Shown here in pieces: positions 36,707 to 48,490 of a stretch of DNA of 64,000 bases. Both the position numbers and the translations under genes were made by a program. The stretch covers positions 104,782,001-104,846,000 of the forward strand of contig NC_058373.1 in assembly GCF_018350175.1 (NCBI RefSeq). Direction: 5' to 3'. Position 1 is the first letter of the stretch; every line of letters begins with the position of its first letter. The notes beneath the pieces are model-generated. The model was not told the origin of the DNA and did not search any database. It saw nothing but the letters and a program-made list of their open reading frames with translations. The stretch is from Felis catus (lineage: Eukaryota).

Positions 36707-37493
36707 TGGAGGAGATTTTAGGCACTGAATGAAGTTGAAACCAAATTCACAGTAGGAGATTGAAACCCTTCTCATATCTGCTGAGGAGCTGGTGAGTGAC
36801 AGCCATCAGGCTGCCCAAGCCCATAGAAAATCATGAGAAAACAGCATTATCTGTTCTCTAAGTGGCAAGGTTACATATTATATTAAGATTTTGATGGCTC
36901 AGCTCAAGACAAGAACTCAGGGTGGCCATCAGATTGATCCCCCCCACCCCTACGACACTGGAAAGTACTTGTTCCTCTAGAGGAAAATAATCCACTTCTG
37001 TGCATAAAAAGTGGCACAGGCACGAATAAGAAATAGATGATAGATAGCTGAAAATGCAGTCTTTATACTGAGTTTGTGTAAAGCGTACCACCTTTCCTCC
37101 ACTCATTTACATAAAGATCTCAGAAATGTGTTAGTAAAGGAGGTGGTAGGGGTGGAGGTGGGTATGTTTGGCCTCAAGCAATGTAAGACTTGCAGTTAAA
37201 ATAGCCTAGGTTTCTGATAAGCAGTTACAAGCGTGTTGGCTTTCCAGACATTTGGGATGGGAAGCCAACTGTACACAAAGGAATCCAGAGCTGAGAGTGT
37301 CTTCTTTCCAGATGTCATGTAAGGATAGTTGGCCACACAGCTCTGTGTGTATACCACAAGTGATCAGGCGAGTGTGCGGGTGGGGCACCTCTCAGGGCCA
37401 CTTTGTTGAATTCAGAGCATTTACACATTCCCCAGCATCTGACCTCAATACTCTTTTTTTCTTTTTAAGTTTTTATTTAAATTCCAATTAGTT

Positions 37494-37658
37494 GGGGCGC
37501 CTGGGTGGCTCAGTCGGTTAAGCATCTGACTTTCCCTCAGGTCATGATCTCATGGTTTCTGAGTTTGAGCCCTGCGTTGGGCTCTGTGCTGACAGCTCAG
37601 AGCCTGGAGCCTGCTTCGGATCCTGTGTCTCCCTCTCTCTCTGCCCCTCCTCCACTCA
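37494..37658 (+). mobile_element. Can-SINE, 3'-truncated (no tail), nested in L1
   Basis: Full head and body, ending at CCCCTCCTCCACTCA fused to L1 text AATATTCCATTGTG. Confidence 0.93.
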
Positions 37659-37948
37659 GAATATTCCATTGTGTTTCCATAATTTGGCTATTGTAGATAA
37701 GAAACATCAGGGTGCCAGTATCCCTTTGAATTAGCATTTTTGTATTCTTTGGGTAAATACCTAGTAATGCAACTGCTGGATCATAGGATAATTCTATCTT
37801 AACTATTTTTAACTTTTTGAGGAAACTCCATACTATTTTCGACAGTGGCTGCACCAGCTTGCATTCCCACAATGCAAGAGGCTTCCCCTTTCTCCACTTT
37901 CTCAGCAACACCTGTTGTCTCTTGTGTTGTTGAAATTAGCCATTCTAT

Positions 37949-38166
37949 GGGGCACCTGGGTGGCTCAGTCGGTTGAGCGTCCAACTTCGGCTCAGGTCAC
38001 CATCTCGCAGTCCGTGAGTTCGAGCCCTGCAACGGGCTCTGGGCTGATGGCTCAGAGCCTGGAGCCTGCTTCCGATTCTGTGTCTCCCTCTCTCTCTGCC
38101 CCTCCCCCGTTCATGCTCTGTCTCTCTCTGTCTCAAAAATAAATAAATGTTTAAAAAAAAAAAAAA
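37949..38166 (+). mobile_element. Can-SINE nested in L1
   Basis: 15-bp TSD GAAATTAGCCATTCT at 37932 and 38167. Confidence 0.97.
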
Positions 38167-38659
38167 GAAATTAGCCATTCTGACAGGTGTGAGGTGATAC
38201 TCTTACAGACCTGTAGGCACAGGTGAAATTTCCCTGACTCAAGGGTCTCTCTACTTACGCAAACTATTCACTGAAGTGTAGACCTATTTCATCTGATTCA
38301 CTTTGCGTATTCAAAGAAAGGGTCATCATATGGACGCCCACACTGCTCCAGTCAGAATGAGCCAGAATGAGCCAAGTCGTAGTCAGCTGTGCAAGTGTTC
38401 CTGGCCACTATCCCCCTCACATCCCTGAGTTTCCCTACCAACTTTGCATTCAAATGCTCTCTATTAATATGGATTCTTTAAGTTTGAGGGAATTTAATTA
38501 TCACATCATGAACAAAATACCATTTACTTTTAATCATTTTTAATCCAATTTGTTTGACATGATGAGCTGTCATATTGCAACTAAAAAACTATGGAGTGAG
38601 AGGTCTCCAAACTAGTATGTCTAGAATATATCACTCAGCTTCAAAAAATTAGAAACTTA

Positions 38660-39010
38660 GGGGCATCTGTGTGGCTCAGTCAGTTAAGCATCCGACTTCA
38701 GCTCAGGTCATGATGTCATGGTTCATGGGTTTGAGCCCCACATCAGGTTCTGTGCTGACAGCTCAGAGCCTGGAGCCTGCCTCGAATTCTGTGTCTCCTT
38801 CTCTCTCTAACCCTCCCCCACTCCACACTCTGTCTCTCTCTTAAAAATAAACATTTTTATTTATTTTTTTTATTATATGAAATTTATTGTCAAATTGGTT
38901 TCCATACAACACCCAGTGCTCATCCCAAAAGATGCCCTCTTCAATGCCCATCACCCACCCTCCCTTCCCTCCCACCCAAAAATAAACATTTTAAAAAGGT
39001 TTTTTTTTAA
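38660..39010 (+). mobile_element. Can-SINE whose tail is split by an L1 fragment
   Basis: Head GGGGCATCTGTGTGGCTCAG. TSD-like TAGAAACTTAG / TAGAAACTCAG. Confidence 0.94.
38858..38977 (-). mobile_element. Felid L1 (L1_Fc-like) 3' terminal 120 bp
   Basis: TATATGAAATTTATTGTCAAATTGGTTTCCATACAACACCCAGTGCTCATCCC. 15-bp TSD AAAAATAAACATTTT at 38843 and 38978. Confidence 0.9.
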
Positions 39011-39452
39011 GTAGAAACTCAGTGCATTCAGTGAGTGTCCACTAAACACAATTTTTGCACAGACCTTGAACTCTCATGAATGCTATTCTCATATGAAAGA
39101 AGTAAAAAGAAAGCAATAGAATTAATTATTTTTTTTAAAAATACCCACCTTGTTTTTACCCCTAGATTTGCAAAGCAATGCACGTAGGAAATCTGAATAT
39201 ATAGAAAACTATTTTTTAAAGCTTGGATTGTTTGCATGTCTGTTTCCTCCAAACTAGAAAAGAGAGATCAAACTACCAAGAGAGATCTTGGTAATGTCTG
39301 CCTCGTAGTATATTCTCAACAAATTGTTGAATTAATGATTGTGCAAAAATCTAGAGGTCAAAGAAATTTGGGGGTCAAAAGGAGAAATTGTTTATACAAA
39401 AGGTAAACAAATTTCTTGAAGGCATAACTTTTAAAAATCTGGTGCATTTTTC

Positions 39453-39623
39453 AGGTGCCTGGGTGGCTCAGTCAGTTAAGTGTCTGACTCTTGATTTTGG
39501 CTCAGGTCATGATCTCACGGTCCCTGAGTTCGAGCCCCACGTGGGGCTCTGCACTGACAGTTTGGAGGTTGCTTGGGATTCTCTCTCTCTCTTTCTCTTT
39601 CTCTGTTCCTCCCCAACATGATT

Positions 39624-39660
<37 letters not shown>

Positions 39661-39681
39661 GTAAATAGATAAACTTAAAAT
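39453..39681 (+). mobile_element. Can-SINE, older subfamily
   Basis: TSD AAATCTGGTGCAT at 39435 and 39682; (CT)n. Confidence 0.95.
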
Positions 39682-39717
39682 AAATCTGGTGCATGTTTTT
39701 CTTCTTGGTAACATTAG

Positions 39718-39910
39718 GGAAGCAGTATAATAAATATAGTGTTCTAGGGTTAAAAGTACAGGATTTGAATCCCAACTCTGCTGCAAGTTACTAACCACAC
39801 TAAGCTTCAGCTTGCTAATCTATGAGAAGGAAATGGTAACAATAAGTAACCAAAAGAGTTGAGATGTTAGAGATAAAGGCTAGCATTCCATTAGCATTCA
39901 TTGTTAGCCA
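39718..39910 (+). mobile_element. MIR
   Basis: GGATTTGAATCCCAACTCTGC…TAAGCTTCAGCTTGCTAATCTATGAGAAGG. Confidence 0.55.
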
Positions 39911-39982
39911 TTATCCATATTACTTTGTATGATACTACCTTAAGTGCATACAATAAAGATAACTTTTTTATTTTATAATTTT

Positions 39983-40199
39983 TCTTTAATTTTTTTTTTA
40001 ATGTTTGTTTATTTTTGAGAGACAGAGACAGCGTGAGCAGGGGAGGGGGCAGAGAAAGAGGGAGACACAGAATCTGAAGCAGGTTCCAGGCTCTAAGCTG
40101 TCATCACAGAGCTCGATGCAGGGCTCGAATCCACGAACCTCGAGATCATGACCTGAACCGAAGTCGGATCCTTAACCGACTAAGCCACTCAGACACACC
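39983..40199 (-). mobile_element. Can-SINE
   Basis: TSD ATTTTATAATTTT at 39970 and 40200. Confidence 0.96.
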
Positions 40200-40691
40200 A
40201 TTTTATAATTTTGTAAAGAGGAAAGAACAATAGAAAAAGTATATGATTGTACATGAAAGAAAAGCGAAGTAGTGGTAGGTTCGAATACCTGCTCCAGACC
40301 TTTTAAGAATCTGATGAAAGCTATGGATCTTCTTTCTAGAAACTGAGTCTCCACACAAGATGTTGTATCCAGTTGCAGAAGGTTCTGGACTCCTGGGAAT
40401 GCATGGTTACAGGGTCAGGAGCCCCTGGGCTGATGGGCGGAAGCCAGGTTGAAGTAAGTCCACATAGGGAAGTCTTGGAGGGACAAGTGTGAGTGGACGT
40501 TGGGCAACTTGGTTTCTCACCCATTCTGCTACCAACCAACTGTGACCTTGGTCATGTCACCTGATCTCTCAGATCCCTCCTAGCTCCCAAATGAGGTTTT
40601 GCCTGGACAACATTTGATTTTTTTCAATAAACCCTTTAAATTTTAATTCATTTTTTCTTAATTCATCATATATCTTAAGATGGAAATAGTT

Positions 40692-40860
40692 GTGGAGTGC
40701 CTGGGTGGTTCTGTCGGTTGAGTATCTGACTTCAGCTCAGGTCATGATCTTGTGGTCTGTGAGTTCTAGCCCCGTGTCGGGCTCTGTGCTGACAGCTCAG
40801 AGCCTGGAGCCTGCTTCTGATTCTGTGTCTCCCTCCCTCACTGCCCCTCCGCTACTCATA

Positions 40861-40918
<58 letters not shown>

Positions 40919-40940
40919 AACTAATGAATATTTTTTAAAA
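40692..40940 (+). mobile_element. Can-SINE with (TC)25 microsatellite at 40866-40915
   Basis: TSD ATGGAAATAGT at 40680 and 40941. Confidence 0.95.
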
Positions 40941-42390
40941 ATGGAAATAGTCATTACAATTACTCCCTTTACATACTCCTTCAGATGTAAGGCTCTATGA
41001 ATCCATTAACTCTGAAGTTGTTTTATTTAAAGAAAGGTAAACATAAATTGTTCTGGAAAATAAAGAACTTTATTTTAAATATAAATAACTAAAACAATTT
41101 TTTTTACCTTGACTTAAGATTTGAGATAACAGGAAAATGTCTTTCATATAACCTATTCCCTCAAGTTAGCACCCCTCTCCCCAAAAAAGAAACCGAAAGA
41201 AACATATTATAGGTAGCTCCTCACCACCCACTCTCCCTTTCCTTCCTCATCACTCTCACCAAGGGTGACGTTTCAGCCTTCTCTCTCCTCCACCTCTCTG
41301 GGGCCCTCACACACTAGACACACTAGAAGATTCACACCTGCCCCTAAGAGCCACAGCTACTCCCATGCCCCTCTTCCCAATCGCTCCAGAAAAATCCTTC
41401 CCTCCCCCATCATGGTTCCTCCCCCGATTCCCAGCACTGGACCCTCATGCACAGATCCCTGCTTCTCCTCTGTGCATGCGGTCTGCTCCCTGGCAACAGC
41501 TCCTGTCCTCCCCAGGCCTCCATTCCTCCTCTTAAGTTGGAAGGGGCAGGAGGTGGAACCCATGTTTATTCTTTTGTTTTCCCATCACCCCACTGAGTGA
41601 TCTTTCCTAGCATCCGAGTCATAAGAGACTCGAAGCCTTTACACCTATCTCACAGGGTTGTTAGCACCAAGGAACTGTTGAAATGTGAGCTATTTCTATC
41701 ACAGTATATAAGACCTGATAGCACTTAAATTCCAACTAAAGACAAATGCACGAAATTTGCAAGCAGAAGGTTTGGGTTCTAACTCAAGCTTTGACACCAG
41801 CTAGCTTTGTAGGCTCACACCCTTTCCTCAACCATTCCAGGGTACAGTGCCCCCATTGAGAGTAAATCACCCCATTCTTCCCAGTACAAGGAGCCTGATG
41901 AGATGTGGACATGAGGTCCTTTCCAGATTTGGGACCAATTCACAATTTTCTAAACAAAAACACGAATTCCAACAAGGGCTAGGGGTAAGGAAAGAGCTTA
42001 AGGGTCCTGAGGTCATTGCACAAGTGAGACAAGTCTTCCTTGCTGATGGGGGACATGCTGATGTGGAGGGAGAGTCTCATATTTTAGGCAAGGGAACCCG
42101 TGTGAGCAGAGGCACAGAGGTGGGGACAGAAAGTCAGTGGCAGCTGTGTGTCTGAAGGCTCAGATCACCTTGGTGTCTCTCTGAGGACTCACCTTGGCCA
42201 GGGGAGTGTTTGATACAGGACTATAGTAACACTTTGGGGGGTGTCTTTCCAGGCCCTAAAGACTTTCTTTAGTCTGGAAGCCATGATTATGTAACATGAC
42301 CCTACCTCTCTGTTTTCACAGGCTTCCAGTTCAGGAAATGAGAGTGGCCAGCTGCTTACCAAAAGCTAGTACTTCAAATATCCAGCATGT

Positions 42391-42618
42391 GGGGTGCCTG
42401 GGTGGCTGAGACAGTTAGCTGTCTGACTCTGGATTTCGGCTCAGGTCATGATCTCAGTTTGTGAGTTCGAGCCCCACATCAGGCTCTGTGCTGATAGCAC
42501 AGAGACCGCTGTGATTCTCTCTCTCTCTCTCTCCCTCTTTCTGCCCCTCCCCTGCTCATGCTCTCTCTCTCTCTCTCTCTCTCTCAAAATAAATGAATAA
42601 ACTTAAAAAAAAAAAAAA
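42391..42618 (+). mobile_element. Can-SINE, older subfamily
   Basis: GGGGTGCCTGGGTGGCTGAG head, two (CT)n runs, A tail; degenerate TSD ending CATGTG. Confidence 0.95.
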
Positions 42619-42774
42619 CATAGCCAACATGTGATACAAATTGAAATGTTAACCTAGACTGAGTTTAGGCCCCCTTCATATGCAATCTTCCAGAATCAGG
42701 GAGGGCCTGGGTTCAGGTTGACAGTCACATAGGCTAAAGGCTACCTGGAATTTATCTGCAGGGTGAGGTACAGC

Positions 42775-43775
42775 CAATCACTTATTCAGCAAATATTTAT
42801 TATGCCTCTTCGATGAATCAGACCCTGCGTTAGGCGCTGCTGGTAAAACAGTAGACAAGAAAAACAGGCTCGGTGTTCATGGAGCCTGTATTCTAGTAAA
42901 GGAAACAAATAAAAAATAAGTAAACAAATTAAGGAAATGAAATTGTGATTAAGAGCTAAGAAGAAAACAAACAAAAAGCTCAGATGGAAAAGCAGTGGGA
43001 GAATCTACTTTAACTACATTGGGGAGGACAGGTCTGGCTGAGCAACAGAAGTTAAGCTGAGGACTGACGGTCACGAAGGGATAGCTCTGGGATGTAACAA
43101 GGAACATTCCAGGCAAAGGGAACAGCACGCAGCAAGCAAAGGGAACAGCATGCGGTAGAAAAGAGCTCAGTGTGTTTCAGACACTGGTGGACAGCCAGAG
43201 TTGGATGATAGTGAAAAAGATGGGGTACGTAGCATCAGGTAAAGAGATGTTGGCAGGAGCCAGATCATGTAACACCTTCTGGATCATAAAAGGCATTTGT
43301 GGTTTATTCTTAAATGTTATTTTCTTTTATTTGAACTATATAACAAGATACACTGATGGTTTTAAGCTACAGAGAGACATTAAAAAAATTTTTTTTAATG
43401 TTTATTTTTGAGAGAGATAGAGAGACAGAGTGCAAGTTGGGGGAGAGGCAGAGAGAGAGGGAGACGCAGAATCTGAAGCAGGCTCCAGACTCTGAGCTGT
43501 CAGCACAGAGCCCAATGCGGGGCTCAGACTCACAAACCGTGATATCATGACCTGAGCCAAAGTCAAATGCTTAACTGACTGAGCCACACAGGCACCCCAG
43601 GTAGAGAGTGACGTTTTTAAGCAGAGTGCTCTGGGGGCTATCTGGAAAGAGCTGGGAAGGGAGCAGGAGCAGGGGCTCAGTTAGGAGGCTAGAGCAGTGG
43701 TCCAGGTAGGAGACGATGATGGCCTGGACAAGCATGTGGCAGCAGAGTTGGATAGAAGTAAACAGATCCAAGCCA
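42775..43775 (-). mobile_element. L2a-like 3' region interrupted by a SINE
   Basis: ATTCAGCAAATATTTATT…CATGGAGCCTGTATTCTAGT…CATTCCAGGCAAAGGGAACAGCA…GTCCAGGTAGGAGACGATGATGGCCTGGAC. Confidence 0.85.
43381..43598 (-). mobile_element. Can-SINE nested in L2
   Basis: Reverse SINE ending GAGCCACACAGGCACCCC; diverged TSD. Confidence 0.95.
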
Positions 43776-43864
43776 TAATTAAATAGTAAGTAGCTTTAGA
43801 AACAGGGAAAAACAGAAAGGAGCATCTCAATGCATTGTGCTGAATTTGGAAGGAGGCTTAGCAT

Positions 43865-44370
43865 CTTCTCATTTTACAGCAAGGGAACAGAGGCCCAAAG
43901 GGCTGGAGTGATTGGTTCCGAGATGCTTGGCTCACTACCGGCAGAGCCGGGATCCAAACCCAGGATCCTGCCCTCAGCCTAGCAGTCTCACTTCCCTCCC
44001 TTCTCCTGGAGCAGCAGAGCCACCGTCATGGCCCCAAGCAGCAGAGTCTGAGCAAGGTGTTTGCAGAATGCCACATTCCCAGCATCCATCATCCCCTCAG
44101 ACCTCAGGATGCCCGGGGCGTGCAGAAGCCCAATCACTCCCTGCCCAGCACAGCAAACAAAATCGTGTCCGTCAGCCTTTGACAGGGACATGGGACATGA
44201 TGAGGAGGAGGACGACAAACTTCTAGTTCCTTTACTACATGCTGGATGCTGACCTTAATGCTTTGCACAACTAGGTCATCTAATCCTTACAACCACAATA
44301 TGACATGGGTACCATTTTTAAACTGACTCTACAGATCAGTAAAATGAGGCACAAAATAGTGAGATGAGCC
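43865..44370 (-). mobile_element. Two MIR fragments (about 43865-43990 and 44215-44370)
   Basis: CTCATTTTACAGCAAGGGAACAGAGGCCCAAAG; TCATCTAATCCTTACAACCAC…TACAGATCAGTAAAATGAGGCACA. Confidence 0.6.
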
Positions 44371-45239
44371 ATTTCCTAAGCTCCATGCAAATGGTGTATT
44401 GTCCCTAGACTGTCCAGCTCCCCCATCTAGCTCTGAGCTGGGGGAGAGGTCAGGCTCCTTTTTGCTCCCAGAGATTATGCTCTGCTCTTCTCACATGACC
44501 TGTTGTGTGGTCGTGATATTTTCCTTTCCAGCTGCTTGCCAGGAAGTTTTCTGTGGATGATTATATGGGAATAATTAGTCTTTATGTAAGTGCTGCCCTG
44601 CAGGATATGAAACACATAACTTGCGGGCAGCCAGAGAACCCAGGAGGCTGCTTGTAATCACTAGGTTTCATTGTCTCCAGGAATAATTATGAATTTCAAC
44701 TACAAATCACCATTTCAATTGGGTCTACACACCTTAGCTTCTATAGCGATTTTCTAGGCAAAGATAAAGGGAAGAGGGGCAGCATCCTGTGGTTCTTTTT
44801 CCCTGCTGGGGACTTCTCTTCAGGAGCCGAAAGCCGATGCTGTTTCCTGTGGAATCAATGTCATGGTCTAATCACAACCCTCCGAGGCATAGGACATGGG
44901 GGCCAAGAGGGACCTTATAGAGTCTTAATTCAAGCTCTTCGGATGGCATATAACAGGAGCCCACTTCAAACCACCTGAAGCAGAAAAGGGGAACAGGGTA
45001 TTGCATGGCCCCAAGAAAGGAAATTCAAGCAAGCCTCAAGTCAGACTCATTCCTGGAACTGAAAGTTATCAGCATTCTCCCCTCTTATTTGTCACACGCT
45101 CACTGGCGAACACAGTTACAAAGATAATAGCCATTCTCTAACATATGTGCATACACACTCCCCAAAACCCACACTGCCCCACCACATCCTCTCCCTCGCC
45201 ATCCCCCACTACCAACACCACCACTCTTCAAAACTGGAG

Positions 45240-45720
45240 AGTGCTTTGATTGTCCAATGCTGTGTGACAACTACCCCCAAAAGTTAGTGGCATACAACGT
45301 CAATCGTTCTGTTAAATTTCATGAGTCAGAAGTTCTGCCTTTCCATACGGTTTCAGTGGAGGTCACTTGGTAGTAGCCAGCTGGCAGGTGGGCTCGTCTA
45401 GAGACCCATGACAGCTTCACTCACATGTCTGGTTCCCTTGGTGGCACTGGCTGGAAGGTTGGGCTCAGGTGAGCCCCTACCATGACCTCTCGAGCACGGC
45501 AGCTGTGGGGTAGGCAGATTTCTTACGTGGAAGCTTGGGGTTCCCCAGAACCCCAGGCGGAAGCTGCAAGCCTTCTTGTGATCTATCCTCGGAAATCTCA
45601 GAACAATACTTCTCCATATGAAAAGGTCACTGAGGCCAGCTCACACGCAAAGTGAGGTGAATTAGACTCTACCTCTCTTTGGAGTACTAATTACTTGGTG
45701 GCCCTCTTAACCTCCTACGG
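45240..45720 (-). mobile_element. MaLR LTR (MLT1G/H-like)
   Basis: TGCTGTGTGACAACTACCCCCAAAAGTTAGTGGC…GGCTGGAAGGTTGGGCTCAG…GGCGGAAGCTGCAAGCC…GTCACTGAGGCCAGC…TAGACTCTACCTCT. Confidence 0.75.
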
Positions 45721-45949
45721 ACAGGTTGCTAGACACTGCTTAAATATTTACCGCTCACTTAGATCCAAGGGAAAGGTAAATGAGAAATGGAAACAAACAT
45801 CTGATCAAATGGTTTGGGGGACTTGGAGGACATAGCTTCCGGATGGGCTATAAAGGGACTTCTCGGGGTGGCTGAGGTGGAGACTGGCCTCCATCAATCC
45901 TTTCCTTTCACCAACGGGCAGTAGCTTCAAGAAATGACGGAGAAGGCAT

Positions 45950-46092
45950 CCTCTGTAAAGAGAGGATGAGAATGGCATACCTTCTTCACCAGGTTGCAAA
46001 GACTGGACAGATTGTATATATGGGAAGCACTTAGAAGAGCACCTGGCTGGCACACAGTAAGTTCCCTGTTAGTATTTGTCATCATCATCATG
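45950..46092 (+). mobile_element. MIR 3' part
   Basis: CTGTAAAGAGAGGATGAGAATGG…AAGCACTTAGAAGAGCACCTGG…CACACAGTAAG…(ATC)n. Confidence 0.6.
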
Positions 46093-46947
46093 CTTGATGG
46101 GCCATATGAAAACACTTCCCAACCTTGGCGAGGCGTCAAAAATTAACTCCTCAAAGGCTGATTTTTTAGGACTATACTGGAAAGCAAAGGAAGGAAGCAA
46201 TGTGGTTTACAACCGCTTTATATGCAAATCACCAGGCTTAATTCATTCAGGATTCTCCAAGTAAGTAAGTTTCATTTCAACGTGTTACCTAATAAAAATA
46301 ATAATGTCACTTTAAAGCCCCCAGGTGTCCGCCCCTACATGAATCGCAGGAATGATCATATGACATAAAGACTTGATGATCACATCAAGATGTGACCACT
46401 TGATGGTCACAGTGACCACTTTTCTTACAATCCCCAGAGTCCCAGAGAGATTTGCTGCAAGCTGACCTAGCAGGAGCAAGTAGCCTCCTCTCCACTAGTC
46501 ATCAAAAGCTGGGGCTAGCCTGATGTCAGAGCTTCAAAAAAGCCATCCCAGTAGTGTATTAGAATCAGCTTTGGGCGTCCTATCAGATTGGCGTACCTGA
46601 GTTACATGAAAGTGTGCACAAGCTTTTCACGCCAACAGCCTTTTTTAATAGAAATAAATACCGATGCCAAGGCACTTGGGAGTTTGTGGGGCCTTAAAAC
46701 CTGATGACGGAGTCCAGAAATTTCACTTTCCAAGAAGCAGAAAATTCCTCCAGCTTACTGGAAGAGATAAGATTTGATATCAGGCATATTCCTCTGGCTT
46801 ATTACCTTGGCGAGGTATAGGAATAGTATCAGAGCACCCATATAACTCTTCCTACTATTCTGGCTCTTAATCCACAGGTCAGGGACTCAATGTGAAAGTC
46901 CTGCCAACTATTAATAATATCTATCCCAATTATGCATTATAAGTATG

Positions 46948-47935
46948 ACCCTTGTACACTGTTGGTAGGAATGTAAATTGATGCAGCCATAATGGAAAAA
47001 AAGTATGGAGGGCCTTCAAAAAATTAAAAATAGAACTACCCTATGATCCAACAATCCCACCTCTGGGTATATATAGGAAGGAAATGACATCACTATCTTG
47101 AAGGGCTAAGCATGGCCCCATGCTCATTACAGCATTATTCACAACAGACAAGATATGGAAACAATGTAAGTGTCCATTGATGGAAGAATGGATAAAGAAA
47201 ATGAAATGTTGGGAATATTATTCAGCCACAGAAAAGAAGGAAATTCTGCCTCATCCAACATGGATGAATCCTGAGGGCATTATGCTAAGTGAGAAGTCAG
47301 ACAGAGAAAGGGAAATATGAACTCAGTTGTCTGTGGTATCTAAAAAAAGCCAAAATCACAGAAACAGAGAGTAAAATGGTGGTTACCAGGGGCTGGAGGG
47401 GGTGGAAATAGGGAGGTATTTGTCAAAAGTACTATAAACTTTCAGTTATACAATGAATAAGTTCTAGGGATCTAATATACAGAATGATGACTACAGTTAA
47501 CATACTTGAAAGTTGCTAAAGAGTGGGTCTTTTTTTTTTAATTTTTTTTAATGTTTATTTATTTTTGAGACAGAGAGAGACAGAGCATGAATGGGGATGG
47601 GGCAGAGAGAGAGGGAGACACAGAATCAGAAGCAGGCTCCAGGCTCTGAGCCATCAGCCCAGAGCCCGACGCGGGGCTCGAACTCACGGACCGCGGGATG
47701 GTGACCTGAGCTGAAGTTGGACGCTTAACCGACTGAGCCACCCAGGCGCCCAAGAGTGGGTCTTAAATGTTCTTACCACAAAAAAATTTATAATACTGTG
47801 AGATGATGGATATGTTAACAAACTTTATGGTAGTTATCACTTTGCAATATATTCAATTATCAAATCATCACATTTCATACCTTAAACTTACACAGTGTTA
47901 CACAATGTTATCTCAATAAAGCTGAGGGGATAAAA
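46948..47935 (+). mobile_element. L1MA-like 3' end with nested SINE
   Basis: CACTGTTGGTAGGAATGTAAATTG…GATCCAACAATCCCACCTCTGGGTATAT…TATCTCAATAAAGCTG; ORF 47120..47320 is ORF2-like. Confidence 0.92.
47532..47751 (-). mobile_element. Can-SINE nested in L1
   Basis: 13-bp TSD AAGAGTGGGTCTT at 47519 and 47752. Confidence 0.97.
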
Positions 47936-48344
47936 GAAGTAATCAATTGCTCAGTAAGCACCTATATGTAGCGGCTGTCATATTGAATCACACAGGTATA
48001 AAAATCTTCCATCATCACAGACAGTGCTGTGAATGAACTGTAGCGTTTGCATCACAGGCTCAGAGTGTCATGGAACAACCATGACTGAATATATCAAGGG
48101 AGAGAGGGGCTCTCCTCTGTTTTCTACACCTGGAATTCTGTTGCTGAACCCCTTGAACTTCCTTCTGAAAGACATGCCAGGAAGAACTGCACTAGCCCTT
48201 GGGACGGCCAGCGACACATTGTGGTAGCAAAAGTAACAACAGCTAAAGCATCCCCTCTCCTTGGGGAGCTGAGCTGAGTTTCTCATCTTCTGTCCTCTGA
48301 GCACATGTAACCAGAACCCAGCCACTGTGCTTAAAAAAGATTAT

Positions 48345-48490
48345 AACATTATTGCTTCCCATGCAGCAGTGAGTAAGTGCTAAGCGTTTCAAATGTGTTT
48401 TCTCACCTAATCAGAACAACAACTTAACGAGGTGGAGGCCATTGTTATTATCCCCGGTTCAGAGATGAGGAAACTGAGGCTCATTAGTAG
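48345..48490 (-). mobile_element. MIR
   Basis: TTGTTATTATCCCCGGTTCAGAGATGAGGAAACTGAGGCTCA. Confidence 0.75.

Larger units (their letters stand above)
37456..38196 (-). mobile_element. Carnivore L1 3' fragment carrying two nested SINEs and internal deletions
   Basis: Poly-T/AAATTCCAATTAGTT 3' end; ORF2 C-terminal remnant (ELSYDPAVALLGIYPK in ORF 37597..37911); ATACTCTT on both flanks (37448, 38197). Confidence 0.88.
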
